Source: Actinomycetota bacterium
GTDB taxonomy: Bacteria > Actinomycetota > Actinomycetes > Nanopelagicales > Nanopelagicaceae
Reading direction: 5' to 3'
NCBI GenBank assembly: GCA_039799305.1
Contig: JBDLSZ010000052.1
Coordinates: forward strand, 2,512-66,511
DNA length: 64,000 nt
Part shown: in pieces, positions 62,433 through 64,000 of the stretch
Numbering within the stretch: position 1 is the stretch's first letter
Layout of the letters: the number at the start of each line of letters is the position of its first letter
Program-made: the position numbers and the translations under genes
Notes under the pieces: generated by a model
The model's input: the letters and a program-made list of their open reading frames with translations, nothing else
The model's database searches: none
Told to the model about the DNA's origin: nothing

Positions 62433-62458
62433 GAAAACTCTCAAGTTGAACTTGAAAG
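62433..62458 (-). terminator. Possible weak terminator/hairpin after the second BMP gene
   Basis: Minus strand CUUUCAAGU-UCA-ACUUGAGAG-UUUU immediately after the stop codon; could instead be an operator palindrome. Confidence 0.4.
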
Positions 62459-63445
62459 CTATGCGAGGATTTTCTCCGCTGTAGCAGCCGCCACGTTGAT
62501 CGAATCACTGAGCGCTGCAAGCTCCTTTGAGCGAATAGTGAACTCAATTCCCCCGCCTGTAATGCCATAGCGACGGCCATAAATACCTGCATCCCCATCG
62601 AGGATATCGAGGTAGGCCTTCTTCGCTGCAGACAGTGCAATGACATCGTAAATCGCTTTATCAACGCGCTTGACCACAGATGCAAAGAGGAACTTCTTTG
62701 TAGCACTTGTCACCGTGATGTATTGATCGGGTTCAATATTAATAAGCCCAATATTTGAACCTTTCTTCTTCGCATTGCGAGCAACGATTACCTTAAAGAT
62801 TTCTGAGTTCGAACCATGAGTGGCTGCGAAAACTACATCCGCGCCAGCATCCAGGACCTGGCTAGTTGCAACAGAGTATGAACCCGAGACATATTTAACG
62901 ATTGGAATCACTTTCTTCTTGCTGGCAAATACTCCGGCCGAGAAGCCATCCTTATAGAGATCTGCTTGCTCAGGATTGGCAATCATGGCAACTTTGCCGC
63001 TCTTGCTTACTTGAGCTGCACTAAAACCTGCGAGGTAGGCACCTTGAGTATCAGCAAACACAACTGAGGTCACATTCAGTGCTGCAACGCTTGCATCATT
63101 AATGATTGCAAATTGAGTGTTGGGAAATTCAACTGCAAGTGCTTGCAAAGTTGCTGCGTATCCAGCACCTATTGCAACAATGGGATTGCACTTCTTTGTA
63201 ATCAGTGAGCGAATGCGTTTTTCACGATCAGTGCTTGTTCCATCGGTCACTACTGCTTCAAGGTTAAAATCGAATTGCTTCTGAGCCTTCTCAAGTCCTG
63301 CGGCAGATGCATCGTTAAAGGATTTATCGCCACGGCCTCCAATGTCATAGGCGACTCCCACGCTGAGTTGAGTTACAGCGTGAGCAGGTGCTGAGACAAG
63401 TGATGCCCCAAGCACTACTGCAAGGAGGATGGAGCGAATCTTCAT
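62459..63445 (-). CDS. Second, divergent BMP-family binding protein
   Basis: YDIGGRGDKSFND, GAYLAG, GADVVF, SVVKRVD. Confidence 0.88.
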   Translation of the reverse strand: MKIRSILLAVVLGASLVSAPAHAVTQLSVGVAYDIGGRGDKSFNDASAAGLEKAQKQFDFNLEAVVTDGTSTDREKRIRSLITKKCNPIVAIGAGYAATLQALAVEFPNTQFAIINDASVAALNVTSVVFADTQGAYLAGFSAAQVSKSGKVAMIANPEQADLYKDGFSAGVFASKKKVIPIVKYVSGSYSVATSQVLDAGADVVFAATHGSNSEIFKVIVARNAKKKGSNIGLINIEPDQYITVTSATKKFLFASVVKRVDKAIYDVIALSAAKKAYLDILDGDAGIYGRRYGITGGGIEFTIRSKELAALSDSINVAAATAEKILA

Positions 63446-64000
63446 TAGAGAACCACGCCTAAATTCTTATAGGTGGTTTCAATCGTTCCTTGCGCAACGG
63501 TGCGTGCTTTCTCAGAACCTTGATGCAAGATCTGAAGTAGATGCTTCTCATCTTCTAGTAGCTCCATTGCCCGCGCGCGGATGGGGCGTAAGTATTCAAC
63601 GACCACATCTGCAACAGCTGCCTTAAAGTCCCCATAACCCTTGCCATCAAACTCATTCTCGAGCTCGGCGATCGTGCGGCCCGATAGGGCTGAATGAATA
63701 GTCAGGAGATTACTAATGCCAGGCTTTTGTGCAACGTCATACTTCACTTCGCGCCCTGCATCGGTCATCGCACTCTTAATCTTCTTTAAGTTTGCCTCTG
63801 GTGTATCCATGATTTCAATAACGCCTGCAGCCGATCCTGCAGACTTACTCATCTTTGCAGTGGGCTCTTGAATATCGTTAATCTTCGCAGCAGTCTTTAA
63901 AATATAAGCCTCAGGTAATTGGAACGTTTGTCCGTATCGCGCATTAAAACGTCCCGCTAAATCGCGAGTGAGTTCGATGTGTTGACGTTGATCTTCACCA
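63445..64000 (-). CDS. trpS: Tryptophan--tRNA ligase (5' part outside the window)
   Basis: The frame is open to the window edge: GEDQRQHIELTRDLAGRFN...EPTAKMSKS...KPGISNLL...YGDFK. Confidence 0.96.
   Translation of the reverse strand, partial: GEDQRQHIELTRDLAGRFNARYGQTFQLPEAYILKTAAKINDIQEPTAKMSKSAGSAAGVIEIMDTPEANLKKIKSAMTDAGREVKYDVAQKPGISNLLTIHSALSGRTIAELENEFDGKGYGDFKAAVADVVVEYLRPIRARAMELLEDEKHLLQILHQGSEKARTVAQGTIETTYKNLGVVL

Noticed and set aside
62429-62456. SoxR/MerR-like box CTCAAGTTGAACTTGA
   Set aside because: It is one base longer than the SoxR palindrome, far from the likely -10 (TAGGCT 62367-62362), and better explained as a post-stop hairpin.
46-63626. Many 60-180 aa antisense or off-frame ORFs
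   Set aside because: Shadows of well-supported genes, with no recognisable motifs or initiation signals.
1-64000. CRISPR arrays, tRNA/rRNA, IS, prophage or defence islands
   Set aside because: None seen; intergenic gaps are at most about 150 nt, and no integrase, transposase or repeat-spacer pattern is present.

Overview
Gene-dense core-genome segment of a streamlined actinobacterium with moderate GC. Gene order, gene loss and very short intergenic gaps suggest the freshwater acI/Nanopelagicales lineage (e.g. Planktophila); this is inference, not a database result. About 60 CDS, in order: CpaE/MinD-like plus SAF pair, Rv3235-like, secA, comF, mtrAB, ahcY, manB, DUF3499, DUF5719, large GT2, whiB, manC, dapC/fdxA, cysS, mshB, moeZ, TetR, DEAD helicase, MarC/PHP/DMT, MgtE-CBS, mrp-tatB-htrA, pepA, DUF3117, dapD, a wall-polymer cluster (SpoIID, ABC exporter, GT2, LCP, ugd), purEK, birA/acyl-CoA carboxylase, a nucleoside uptake/salvage block and partial trpS. 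I saw no rRNA, tRNA, CRISPR, prophage or IS element, and no clearly new multi-gene system. The most unusual signals are: (1) a CysRS with a ~75-aa N-terminal SH3-like extra domain next to mshB/moeZ; (2) pepA, whose N-terminal 104 codons have no ATG/GTG/TTG and lie in frame 5 codons after the DUF3117 amber stop (ATT initiation or readthrough); (3) pervasive leaderless TANNNT promoters, including an overlapping bidirectional -10 between birA and accD; (4) a stand-alone sigma-70 region-4 protein near the locus where sigE-rseA is missing; (5) a structured, non-canonical ahcY leader in front of a short-type AhcY; (6) BMP binding proteins without a lipobox.
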